From the NCBI RefSeq assembly GCF_001447785.1, contig NW_015160837.1, positions 199,415 to 263,414 on the forward strand: 64,000 bases of DNA. Direction: 5' to 3'. Shown in pieces: positions 12,920 through 24,909 of the stretch. The notes under the pieces are model-generated. The model saw nothing but the letters and a program-made list of their open reading frames with translations, had not been told where the DNA came from and searched no databases. Position numbers and translations under genes: made by a program. Positions within the stretch are counted from its first letter, which is position 1. Each line of letters opens with the position of its first letter. The DNA is from Gekko japonicus. Taxonomy: Eukaryota.

Positions 12920-14080
12920 ATTCTTTGCATCCTCCTGAACTGAATCCTCCTGTACCCATTTTCTGTGGGACCACAAAAAATGTAGGATTAGCGTCTACAC
13001 TCTATTAAACTTGTTAAAGATGGTGGTACTGGTTTTCTGGAGTTGTTGCTGTACCATGATGTAGCTCCTCTAACGAATCTGATCAAAATGCTGCATCCAG
13101 AAACAGCACCGAACTGGACTCTAATTGAACAAACTTTTTCTGATTCTCAGACCCTACAAGAACTGATCTGGAATATGAAAAAGGAAAGACTCCAATCCTT
13201 AAGTCAAAACACTTTCCTGCTCTATACTCTTGCAGTCGGGGAGAGATATCGTAATAAATTAGCTCCTACAATATCTCCATTATCAACTTTTACAAAACAA
13301 CACTGGTTTCCACCAGCTGCTTCAGATGACTCTTTTGCCATTTGTAAGCTTATGAAGTTAAATAGACTAATAGATATTATTTCTGAAGGCCATATTCTTA
13401 CCAAAACCATCTTAGAAAACAAAGGCTGAGGTACAATACCTTGGTACCAATATTTACAGCTTCGACACTGTTTAGATAGTAAGCAGCTACGTGACAGATT
13501 GAAAATGAATCTCACCGCGTTCGAGTCACTAATTAAAAATCCCCATACAAATTATTAAAAATACATATTATTGTATAAAATATTATCAACAACTGCTAAC
13601 ACTTTACCTTCCTATACCACCTATTGGAATAGAGATTGCTCTCAATCACTTTCTTCAGATCAATGGAGTAAGATATGGATCTCTTCTATCTTTTGGGCAA
13701 AAAATATATCTATTCGCACTCAGTTTTTCAAACTGATTACAAGATGGTATTTAACTCCTCAAAAACTGAGTCATATTCAAAAAGATGTCTCACCATTTTG
13801 TTGGAGAGGCTGTCAAGAACTGGGCTCTTGTAAACATTGCTGGTGGAACTGTATAGTTACAAAAATTTTTGGAAATCAGTTGTAAAACAAATTTATGCTG
13901 TAACTAATTTCAAAGTCCCGATGGAAATGGAATCTTTAGTATTGAATTATTGGCCTACTGCCAAATGTCATATGCCTAATTCTGATCTAATAGAAATACT
14001 CTGTGCAGCAGTTTGCGCAGTTATTGCTAGATTTTGGAAATATGACAAAAGACCTACCATATCTGATTGGTTTTTAAAAA
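12920..14080 (+). mobile_element. L1/Tx1-clade LINE ORF2 C-terminal fragment
   Basis: KLITRWYLTPQKLSHI..CWRGCQELGSCKHCWWNC is the CCHC zinc knuckle of L1-type ORF2; stops and frameshifts. Confidence 0.85.
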
Positions 14081-15790
14081 GACCTAGGTTTCCTGTCTCA
14101 TTACCAATGCTGATATCTCCACACCTTTGTATATCACACCAATGCTGATATCTCCACCTGTCTCCATATCACACCTAATCCAATCACGGCTGCTATTGCC
14201 ATTCGGCATCTGAAACCATCTTTATAACGTTTATATCTCTGGTACCTTGTGTTACATTTTATGGCACGCATGGCCCAGCCCAACAAAGTGACATCTATGT
14301 CAGATCCAGCCCTCGTAACAAATGAGGTTGACACCCCTGGATTACACAGTGTAAATCCATATTGTCAACAGGATTGGGCATCCAATGAGTAATGTAATAG
14401 GATTAGGAATGCAGAAATCTGAAACCGAGCAGAAAATCAGACAAAACTGAAGCAAAGCATAAGTATTAACATGACGTGTTAAATTATGCAGAAATTATGT
14501 AGTAAGATAATAGATACAGATGGTATGTACTATCTGTTCCCCATGATAGCCTCAAAAACAAGTGAGCTGTTCCAGCCTGTCTTGTGCAGTGCCTTTAAAC
14601 TTTCAAAGGACTGCAGAAGACAGCTCAAAAAACCTATCCCCCTTCAAACCTTATGGGTCCTTCTCATGCTCAGTAATAATACCAGTGAATTTTGAAGGTA
14701 TATCGCACCAAATTCACATTTTTTAGAAACACCCTTATTCAGAGGGTTTCTCTGTTTTCTGTAGAGTAAAAGGCATGGCCAACATCTTATATTTTAGGAA
14801 GCAACTATTTCTTTAGGAAAACCAGCCTATTGCTTTTGATCTGTGAGAAAAGCTCTACCTTTCAGTATTAGAACCATGGAAAGTCATGTTGGGACTCCTT
14901 TGTTATGCTCCCACCATATTTAGTGCAGCGTCCAAAAGTATCTGTCTGAATCTCAGCTTGTTGGCTTTTAGATATCAGTTACTAGCATGTTTTTAGAGAG
15001 TCTGTTGCAAATTTTTTTATTTAGCCTCTCAAAATTTAAACTGTTATTTATTTATGTATAGGATTGTTAAACTGCCTTGGGCTTTGAGAAGGGGTGGACA
15101 TTTAATAAATATAAACTCATTTCTCAGTTTCCCCCCTCCTTTTTTACAACATCAGGCCATTGTTTCATCTGTTTTCTCTGTTCTGACCAGCTGTGGCTCT
15201 CCACAGACCCAGGCAGATAAACGTCTTTCTGCGTTGAGACTCTTTAACTGGGGGTAATGGGATTGGATCTGGGACCGTCTGCATGCAAAGAAAGATACTC
15301 TGCAACTGAGCTATAGCCCCTCCTCATATTATAAGCTTTGAATAAGGCCTGACTGGATAGTATGAAACGTAGCACTTCATTACGTGTGCAGAGAAACACT
15401 TTATTACTTCTTCACAAGTTCAGAAGTTGAGCATTGACAATGAATTGAAGTTGTCAAGTTGTTTCCAGATATGAGCTGCTGATCTGGTGAACATCTGACT
15501 TTGACTTTATTCTGTGGCTATTCCTTAAGGCACTCAGACCATGACTACCACCTGATGATGTGATGGGTGTGTGGCCAGCCCAGTATTTCATGGGTGGCAC
15601 ACACATTGGTTGCATGGTTGGCAACTTAGCCATTTGCTGCAGGTAAATAGCAAATTATAACTTGTATTAGATTGCTCTGTACGTTTAATTAGAATTGGGA
15701 CGATCACTTTGTGTGTGTTTATTTTTAAAGAAAGCTATGGTAGGAATGTCATTATAAATGCAATTATTTAAGTACTGGTACCACTTCAGT

Positions 15791-16143
15791 AGGAGCTGCG
15801 GTGGCTCAAGTGGTTAAGACGCTGAACTGCAGGCCGGAAGGTCGGTAGTTCAGCAGTTCGAGACCAGAGTGTGCCGCATGACGGAGTGAGCTCCCGTCTC
15901 TGGTTCCAGCTCCTGCCAACCTAGCAGTTCGAAAGCAAGAAATTGCAAGTAGATAAATAGGTACCACTTCGGTGGGAAGGTAACAGCGTTCCGTGCGCCT
16001 CAGCATTTTGTCATGCCGGCCACATGACCACGGAAATATCTTTGGACAGCGTAGGCTCTTCGGCTTGAAAACGGAGATGAGCAGCGCAACCCTAGAGTCG
16101 GATTCGACTGGCTTTCGAGCAAGGGAAACCTTTACCTTTATCT
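15791..16143 (+). mobile_element. Sauria SINE, full length
   Basis: tRNA-like head, core CCAGCTCCTGCCAACCTAGCAGTTCGAAAGC, (ACCTTT)n tail, 12-bp TSD TACCACTTCAGT. Confidence 0.92.
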
Positions 16144-16749
16144 TACCACTTCAGTGTCTTCTTGATATGCCAAATAGGAGTATTCTCGCTTGTCTTTAGC
16201 TTGTTTAGGCTGACATGGTCTTGTCTTTGCTTAATACATGGATGCTGATGTGTAGTAGGATAAATAACAAAACTTGTTGCTTGTCCTGATAGAATAAGCA
16301 TAATTAGATTACTTTTGCAATTTTATCTCCTTTTTTGTTTGTTATTGTTAATTTGTAATGATTTTTAGTTGCTGTATATAGTGTGTGTTTGTGTGTAAAT
16401 TTTGTATATTGTTACAATTTAAAGAGAAGGTTAGGGTGTCAGTGAAATATATTTTGACTACAGATCTGCAGAATTTAAATGTGTCAGATCGCCTTTGTAC
16501 ACTAATTCAGCATGCTATGTGCTTTCTTGTTTTACTATACTGAGATTATAAATGATAACTAAAGCACATTAGTCAATTTTTAAAAATCTAGTCAACAGTT
16601 AAATCTCTAAGGAAAACCTGTTAATACAGATTAGGCCATAGGGGCAGTGTAGTTAGACTGTGTATTTTGTGGGACAAATGTTGCTATTGTGCCCTTGTTT
16701 AGGAGTTACATTTAAGTGCACTGGGTGGGTAATACAGTACCTGGAATTC

Positions 16750-17810
16750 AAGGACTTTCTTTCCCTCTCACTGTTTGGAAAAACTGGCCCCGAGGGAGGC
16801 CTGGGGCTGGTTCTGGGCATGCTGCTCTCTCACTGAGCCGCCCGGAGCCCAGCATTTCTTGCCACTGACTCTGGTTGGGCAGCTCAAAAGGGCTTTGCTG
16901 GTGGTGTGTGTCCCGGCGGCTGAAAGGGCACCAAATTGAGGCGCCTCTTAGCAGGCTAAGAAAACAACCCACTTCTGAGGCAGGAACTTTACAAGCGACC
17001 CCCGAGTTGTTTGTAATCTTGGGAAAAGGCGAACACCAAGGAACCACAACATGTCCCCATTCCTCCCCCCTGCAATGCTTAGGGCTTGAAATCGAATGTC
17101 CGAGCTCCCCCCTGATGGGCAGGTCTTACTCTTCCCGCACAGGGAAGGTGCTTTGGCCCTGGTCCACTGGCTGACGCTCCTGTGGGGTGCTGCTTTAAGT
17201 GAACAGAATCACCGCTCCTGTGGCTCTTCCAGATCCACTGAAAATGCGTTCTGTGGAGGGTTTCAGTCCTACGTTCACTTTCCTGGTGGAGAAAACTGCT
17301 CCTGCCTTTTGGGACTCAAGGAGGCCAGCGGCACTTGGGAGGCAAACGCGCTCCAGGGAGGGAGAAAAAGTGGGTGCCGCTTTCCTGCTCTTTCAGGCGG
17401 ATTGGGGTGGGAGGGAGGAGGGGGGATAACTTAGGAACCCTGATATGCATGCTTGTGCCAGCCCGCCCCTCCAAGCCACACCCCCTTTTTCTGCTGTGCA
17501 CGCGCTCATTCCCCTTGCTGTCAGGCACCTCCATTCTTTTTGCTCCCCCACCCCTCCTTCATCCGGTCCCCCCCCCACACCAAAATTGTCTCACTATGAG
17601 CTGGCTTGAAGAATCCCAGATCACCGTGGTGTCTAGAAATTTCATTGTGGTGTCTAGTTTTTTTTTCTTTTCACAAACATAAACCCTTTGCTGCTGAGCT
17701 TGGCTGCTGCTGCTTCTGGCAGCTCTTCTTGGCTCCCCCCATTCAGCTCCCCGGTGGAAGGAGATTTCACTCGCTTCAGAAAGATTGGGGAAAGGGGAGA
17801 TATTCATGAC
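16750..17810. promoter_or_regulatory. Candidate intronic promoter/enhancer (GC-rich, apparently unique segment)
   Basis: GC and CpG content above the flanks, no repeat recognised, ATTGG (CCAAT), GCCCGCCC, CACACCC and G-tracts clustered at 17390-17580; motif evidence only. Confidence 0.4.
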
Positions 17811-18557
17811 ATGACAATGCAGAATTTAGCATACATATTGCATTAATGCATCCTGAGTAGTAGACGCTGGAGCCCTGAAGAAATGTGTCTTGAGAATGGC
17901 TTGATTCAGGTAGTAATAGCCCCTTGAGTATATTTATACACTGACTTTTGCATCGTCTTTTATGTATACATGTATTTTTACTATTCTGTGGTTCTTTCAA
18001 AATGAGTGTTTCTTATCTGGGTTAGAGATTAGCTTTTTTTTCCTGGTTGTGAAAACCGGGGTACCCCGTAACACTTTTGTCATGGCCTTAAACAGAAACT
18101 GTAGAAAAGGATTAGGTATTGTAGCGATCATTAGAACATGCCTGAAGTCTTAAAAATGGGGCTGGCTCCCTGATCTGAAGAAAATTTGTCAAGGCCTGTT
18201 GTAATCTATTTCTCTGCCTCAGTGGCACTGTCTAGTAGCTTAATCTTCGGTTTTTGCGGAACTGAATCCGTACTTCAACACTGGACATCTGCGCCCTTGA
18301 GGGAAAGAACTACTATCGAATTCACCGCCGAATCCAAGAAAGATCCTGCTGTTAGGTGTCTAGTTAGGAAAATACCCTCCCCTTACCATTGTCCTCCTAG
18401 CTTAGATAAAAATTGTCTGTAAACCGCTCTGAGCCTCATGGATAGGGCGTTATATAAATCGCAAATGTAATGTAAAAGGTCTACAGATTTTGTGGTAGTT
18501 CCATGTGGTAGCTAGTGAAAATTTGTGATCACCACTGAAGCAGAGTTTGACTCCATT

Positions 18558-18888
18558 GAGGAGGAGGAGGAGGAGGAGGAGGAGGAGGAGGAGGAGGAGA
18601 AGAAGAAGAGAAGAAGAAGAGATTGGATTTATACCCCGCCCTTCACAACCCAAAGGTGTCTCAGAGCGGCTTACAAACTCCTTTCCCTTCCCCTCCCCAC
18701 AACAGGCACCCTGTGAGGTGAGTGGGGCTGAGAGAACTCTGAAACAAACTGCTCTTTTTCAAGGACAGCTGTGCCAGAGCTTGTGACTGACCCAAGGTCA
18801 CATCAGCAGGTGCAAGTGGAGGAGTGGGGAATCAAACCCAATTCTCCCAGATTCGAGTCCGCGCACTTAACCACCACACCAAACTGGT
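18558..18888 (-). mobile_element. Squam3-like tRNA SINE with expanded (CTC/CTT)n tail
   Basis: Minus-strand head CCAGTTTGGTGTGGTGGTTAAG..GGGTTTGATTCCCC; (GAG)n(AAG)n tract at 18558-18620 on +. Confidence 0.85.
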
Positions 18889-19063
18889 TCTGAGGAAGCA
18901 GCATAAATAAGGTTAGGTCGTCTATATAGAGAAATGGAGGTGGCAGAGAGGGGATTGGTTCTACAGTTTGCTGGGGCAACTGGTGTAGACTCCTATATAA
19001 TCTGGAATCTTCATGTGAGTTTGGGGAAGAGTGTGTATGTTGCATGACCAGGTAAATTAGAAA

Positions 19064-19390
19064 GTGGCTCAAGTGGTTAAGATGCTGAACATCGGTAGTT
19101 CAGCAGTTCGAAACCCAAGTGTACTGCATGACGAAGTGAGCTCCCGTCTCTAGTTCCAGCTCCTGCCAACCTAGCAGTTCGAAAGCAAGAAATTGCAAGT
19201 AGATAAATAGGTACCACTTCAGTGGGAAGGTAACAGCGTTCCGTGCGCCTTGGTGTTTAGTCATGCCGGCCACATGACCACGGAAACGACTTCGAACAGC
19301 ACTGGCTCTTCGGCTTGGATACGGAGATGAGCACCGCAACCCTAGAGTCGGATTCGACTGGCTTTCTAGCAAGGGAAACCTTTACCTTTT
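19064..19390 (+). mobile_element. Sauria SINE
   Basis: Near-identical to 15791-16143; ACCTTT tail. Confidence 0.9.
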
Positions 19391-20543
19391 ATAGGATGCA
19401 GAGAAGAATGGCAGATGGTAGCAACATCCTTACTTCTGACCCCAGGCCATGATGGGTAGATTTGGCCCTTACTCTGGCGCTCTAAAGATATGGTTAACCT
19501 GCCAACCTGGCAAGCTCATTTGTTATCTGTTGTCTGGGGTTTACAGAGAACCCTAATCTGCAGGATGAGTCCACTTTAACTCATTGTACTGTAAATTCAG
19601 CTCTGTCATCCTCTTCTCTACATGTTTTCTTAAACTTAAGTCCTCCCCCTAAAAGTGGTAAGGTCACTGGTGTAATCCTCCATGGATTGGGTATGATATA
19701 GTTGTAGGTCATGATGATTTACTAGTTGAAGTCCAGTGTAGAAAGGGAGAATGTGACTGCTTGCTTGATTGTCTTATAAAGTCTTCGAATTTTTAATCTG
19801 AGACTTGCTCTGCAAATTGCACTGTCTCAGTTTCATCTTATATGTGAATGTCTTGGAAGTAAGTATTAAATTACAGAGGAAAACCAGTACATTTTTTCAC
19901 GTATAATTCTTATTGTTCGCAAAAAAAGCACAATTTTACAAAGTGCTGTCTTAAATATCTAAGGCAATTGTGCAAGAAACTAAGAGCAGCTCAGACCATG
20001 TAGACAAGTCAAATTTTATAGACCTCTAACTTTGAGCCAGTAGTCAAACATCAAAGGTTAGTCATTATAGGTTCCTCTTAACACCCTAAGTCTTAGGGTA
20101 GTAGATAATGCCTGTTGTCCTGTGACTATGTTTAAAATTGGAACTCTTCAGGTAGCACTCCATGGAATGCCCTACCTTACTTGCGTTGTATACAAGTAAA
20201 AATGGATTTATTACTGAAGACATTTTTAGTTGCTGGCATATTTGCTATTTTGGTGCTGCTGTTCAATTTGTAATTTTTTAAGGTACAATTTAAGCTGATT
20301 TTAAACTGGCGGCTTATGGCTGTAGATATGGTTGTCTTTTGTTTGTTAATATTTCTAAATTATACATATTTGATGCTATATTTAGGTTTTATCTTGTATA
20401 TTGCTTCAAAGGTGACTGGAGTTGACTAAATAAATAATGGTGTGCTCTGAGAAACCTTGTAAAGCCAGTATAGGTTTAACTTGGTCGTTGCATATAAATT
20501 CAGAGTAAAATGTGAAGAAAAAAATATTTCTTTTAATCCTTAG

Positions 20544-20747
20544 ATGGTAGTGAAAACATTTATGGACATGGACCAGGATTCAGAAGATGAAAAACAACAG
20601 TATCTCCCACTAGCCTTGCACCTTGCATCAGAATTCTTCCTCAGGAATCCCAATAAAGATGTCCGTCTCCTTGTAGCATGTTGCCTGGCTGATATCTTTC
20701 GAATTTATGCCCCAGAAGCACCATATACTTCCCATGACAAACTCAAG
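20544..20747 (+). CDS. PDS5A: PDS5A exon 3 (sister chromatid cohesion protein PDS5 homolog A)
   Basis: tag|ATG..AAG|gtaaaa, 204 nt; [68 protein letters not shown]; DEKQQYLPL is the PDS5A rather than PDS5B sequence. Confidence 0.98.
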
Positions 20748-21266
20748 GTAAAAATTACTTGCAAGTAATTTTCTTTTTTCCCCCCTCAAAAACAATATAT
20801 TCGGATATATTATTAAGTCAAATACAAATTTCAAGGATTATTTAGAAAAATATTGGGATGTAAAGGACAATTTAATTTGCTTTGAAAGTTATTGAGAAGT
20901 TGATGTTATTAGAAGAAAGTTAACTATAAGAAAACAATAGGTGAAAGAAATGTTACCGGTAGATTATGACTAGAAGATAAGGGAAAATAGAAGTAAAATT
21001 AAGAATTGGGCTGGAGGTTGGAGCACTGTGGGAAGCCATGGGGGGGAGAATAATAGAAGAAAGGATGTATAACAACCAATAATATAATTTGCAAGTAATT
21101 TTCATCCATTTCAGTTGTGTTTGTGTATTCAGGGGTAAGAGTAATCTTTTAACACTACAACTCTCCCCAACATTAAGAGATACTTATTATTAAATGAACT
21201 TGGACTACAATATATTGAATGTTCACCTTTCGAAGTATTTTTTAAAATCTCTTTCTTATTTTACAG

Positions 21267-21353
21267 GATATATTCTTGTTTATTACAAGACAGTTAAAAG
21301 GATTAGAAGATACTAAAAGCCCCCAATTTAACAGATACTTTTACTTACTAGAG
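21267..21353 (+). CDS. PDS5A: PDS5A exon 4
   Basis: cag|GAT..GAG|gtaact, 87 nt; [29 protein letters not shown]. Confidence 0.97.
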
Positions 21354-21742
21354 GTAACTTTTTTACTAGATGTAACCTTTTATAGATCTCTTAATGTCTT
21401 GCAATCCAGGGAAATGAAATTCAGATTATATTTATGAAAGTTGCAGCTTAATATATAGTTTTTTATGTCGTTTGTATAAGACAAAAATAGTTCTGCCTCT
21501 GATCCTAGACTTATTTTAATGTATTTTTTATCAGGGACGTGCAGAGAGAATGTAGTATGTGAAGCTGTTTAAACATTATTGAAGCAGAAGAGTAAACTGC
21601 AAGTAGTCTAGAGTTAGCAAATCAGCTTTCAAGTATGTTTGTGTTTTGGGTCTTGTTGGGCAAACTGCTTCGAGGTTTGTGTATAGTTCTGTATAGTTCT
21701 AATCAAAAAACAATTTAATACCTTGCTTTGTTTTTGTTGTAG

Positions 21743-21840
21743 AATTTAGCTTGGGTTAAATCTTATAACATCTGCTTCGAGTTGGAAGATTGCAATGAAA
21801 TTTTTATTCAGCTTTTCAGGACTCTCTTTTTAGTTATCAA
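21743..21840 (+). CDS. PDS5A: PDS5A exon 5
   Basis: tag|AAT..AA|gtaagt, 98 nt; [32 protein letters not shown]. Confidence 0.97.
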
Positions 21841-22121
21841 GTAAGTTGGATTACTCTGAATTCTTATGTAGTTTCAACGTGCAGTTTTTTTTAAAGTATA
21901 TGAGATATATTCCAAAAGGTTATAGAAAAATATTTGAACAGCTATTTAAGGTAATGGTAGTGTGTACTCCTCATGTTTGTCTTAAATATTTAGACAGAAA
22001 AATGTTTATTTTTAAAACGCTTTAACAGCACTCCAAAAAAAGTCCTGTGAATTACAGTAAAAACTGCAGTGGTTGAAATGAAAGCTGCACTTTCCTACCC
22101 CGGTCATGGTTATGTTGGCAG

Positions 22122-22334
22122 CAGTATTCCTTCTAAGCTGCGTTAGTGTGAGCTAGCTCACAGTTTTCTAGCCTCCAGCTCACACCTTTTTGTCTTAGCT
22201 CAAGAAGGATGGCTCCAGAGCAAACTAATTTATCCAGTAGCCAAATTGCTCACTCACAACTTTAATGCCAGTAGCTTTAATGCCAGTAGTGAGAATTTTT
22301 GCTCACAAGACTTCACAGCTTAGAGGAAACATTA
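22122..22334 (-). mobile_element. hAT-type MITE family A, copy 2
   Basis: Reverse orientation to copy 1; TSD GTTGGCAG; internal 15-bp duplication CTTTAATGCCAGTAG. Confidence 0.9.
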
Positions 22335-23145
22335 GTTGGCAGCCAAGATAATTTTATTTTGTGTCCAGTGAGTCTGTTGGGGTCAAGCATGCTCAAGAAA
22401 CAAGCACAGGAGTGGGATCTGCAGGTTGGAGTAGCTTGGTTCTCTGTCTCTTCCATTACGTTCTTTTGTACAAAATAGACTTGCTACAGTTGGCAAGAAA
22501 GCTGGAAGAAAGGGCAAGGCCTGCTGTTCCCAGAGCAGGGATTATCAGGAGCAGAGGATGCTTTTATGCTGTCTTCCAGTGTTGTCCTGGAGTACAACCC
22601 TATTCCCCCGTATATCCTGATGGTTACCATTTGCTCTCATTGGGAAAATGCTACTTATAACTCAGGATCCTTATACAGGATCCTGCCCTTTCCATCTGAC
22701 AGAGCATGATTCAGATTCTCTGTGTGCGCGCGCTATGTTTATGCAGACGGAAATATTGTACTGCAATATATGGACATTCTTCCCCCATCAATTGTATAAG
22801 GCATGTTGACAATCATATACATTTTGCTTTTAGAGCAGATCATATTTTGGTAATGTCTTGTTCGTATCATATTGATGCCATGCATTGGGTGAGGGATTTT
22901 TGCTGGAAGAATAAACATGGAAGAATGTTGGTTGGTCATGATGTAACATCCTGGTCTAGTGTTTGAACAGGGCAAGGGAGCTGTCAGATCAACTGTAAAG
23001 GAGAAGAAAAATGTCACACAGTCCAATCACTTTAGTTGCAGTGACAAAATGTTAAAAGAATATAAAGGACATACATTTTGTAGGTTAGTAAAGGACTTTG
23101 CAATGTTCATTCTGTCACACTGACCTAATTTCATTTTATTGTTAG

Positions 23146-23272
23146 CAATAGCCACAACCAGAAAGTACAAATGCACATGCTAGATTTGATGAGTTCTATC
23201 ATCATGGAAGGCGATGGCGTGACTCAAGAACTGTTGGATTCAATTCTTATCAACCTCATCCCTGCACACAAG
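23146..23272 (+). CDS. PDS5A: PDS5A exon 6
   Basis: tag|C..AAG|gtttgc, 127 nt; [42 protein letters not shown]. Confidence 0.97.
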
Positions 23273-24017
23273 GTTTGCAAATAAAGACTACCACCTTCTA
23301 GCATCATTTAATTTAACTCTTGTTACGTGTTTTGTCCAAAGAATTGTTTTAGCCTGTTACTTCCTTCCCTTGCATGTTCTGTCAGTGTGTAGTACCTGGT
23401 TGTTGCTGTGTTTCCCTAAAATGCCATTGTACGTGCATCCCTGTTGATTCATAAGAAAGATTCTGGGGCAGACCAACTACAGGGGTGGTACTTCTGTCTT
23501 TGTGTTTTCCTTCCTACACACTGAATCATTGTACATCATCTCTTGTGGGAGAGGATGGCTGGATGCATGCATACTGTAATCAAATATATGTTACGTGTAC
23601 CTGGCCCTAGTGTACCTAGTGATTAAGTGACTTGCCATATCAATTCTGTATATGTGTGTTAGTTGACAGCTTGTGAATTAAGGGGCTTGCCAGGATAAAA
23701 GCAGTTTTAAATCAAAGATCTACTAATGAAAATGTTTTTACAACTCTCCTTGATAAGAGTATGTAGACAGTGAGTGCAGGGAGACTCCATCTACAACTGA
23801 GCATAATATTGTGCTGAGTCATATTTTTGCTTTCTATCCAGACTGAGGGTGTGCATGAATGTAACAACAGGGAAAAATGTCTTGTATAGCAAGTACTTAG
23901 AGTTTGCACTCTATCCCCTGTACATTCTGATGTGCCTCTGTAGATACAGCCAGTGTTTTTATATTGATCATTAGCAAAAGGAAGTATTTCCCTAATTTTC
24001 TCTCTCTTTTATTACAG

Positions 24018-24098
24018 AACCTTAATAAACAGGCATTTGATCTTGCAAAAGTCCTGTTGAAAAGAACAGTCCAGACCATTGAGTCATGTATTGCCAAT
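24018..24098 (+). CDS. PDS5A: PDS5A exon 7
   Basis: cag|AAC..AAT|gtatgt, 81 nt; [27 protein letters not shown]. Confidence 0.97.
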
Positions 24099-24768
24099 GT
24101 ATGTAATATATGCATTCATATGTTTTCACTTTTCACTTATTTCTTTGCTTTTGGATCTATGAAAGCTTAATATTATACGAGACAAAGTCGACTGAACAGA
24201 TACTGTTGCTGCAACTGTATTGGGATGCACAGTAGAGCATTTGGTTGACCTGAGCTCTTCTCTTGTTGGAGAACATAGCATCCACACTCTGTGTGTACCT
24301 ATTCAATTTTCCCCTCTAGAAAGCTGCTGTGGTGGTGGGGAGAAGTGAACTCACTTGCAGTGGCACTGAGCTGTCTGGAAATTCTTGCCACAGGTTGCCA
24401 TGCAAGTGCCCGGACTCCTAGATTTAGCATCTATGAATCAATTGATCACTAAAAGTAGTTAGGTCATCTAAAATATAAACATGTGTGATGTGAAGATTAC
24501 ACTGAAAGTTCTTTTTGTCTTATGGGCTGGGGTGAGGCCAACAGATGAGCTACATTGGATCTGGCTGGGTCCTTGTAAACTGTAGTCTTCTGTGCTGCCC
24601 TGTAGTGGTTCATCCTGATTCCTTCCCCCACAATTCCAGACTGGACTGTTTACCCATATTTGCTGTCTCCTTTAGCATAACGCTACTGACAGCTCTAATT
24701 CATGGGCTCTTGTTTGTTAACATTAAGGCTGAAAACATAATGATTAAATAACGTCTTCTTTTTTCTAG

Positions 24769-24909
24769 TTTTTTAACCAGGTTCTGGTACTAGGGAAATC
24801 TTCTGTAAGTGACTTGTCAGAACATGTATTTGATCTAATACAGGAGCTTTTTGCTATTGATCCTAATTTATTATTATCCGTAATGCCACAGCTTGAGTTC
24901 AAACTGAAG
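24769..24909 (+). CDS. PDS5A: PDS5A exon 8
   Basis: tag|TTT..AAG|gtaagg, 141 nt; [47 protein letters not shown]. Confidence 0.97.

Larger units (their letters stand above)
11763..14339 (+). mobile_element. hAT (Charlie/Buster-like) non-autonomous DNA transposon with nested retroelements
   Basis: Termini CGGGGGTGTCAA / TTGACACCCCTG; TSD AATTACAC (11755-11762) and GATTACAC (14340-14347), 7/8 identical with central TA. Confidence 0.78.

Noticed and set aside
18450-18786. Poly-Glu, poly-Arg and poly-Leu ORFs
   Set aside because: Translations of the (GAG)n/(AAG)n tail of a Squam3-like SINE.
1-20543. First coding exon of PDS5A (N-terminal ~46 aa)
   Set aside because: No matching peptide seen in the ORF track or by eye; it must lie upstream, so this stretch is intron 2 (a very short divergent exon could be missed).
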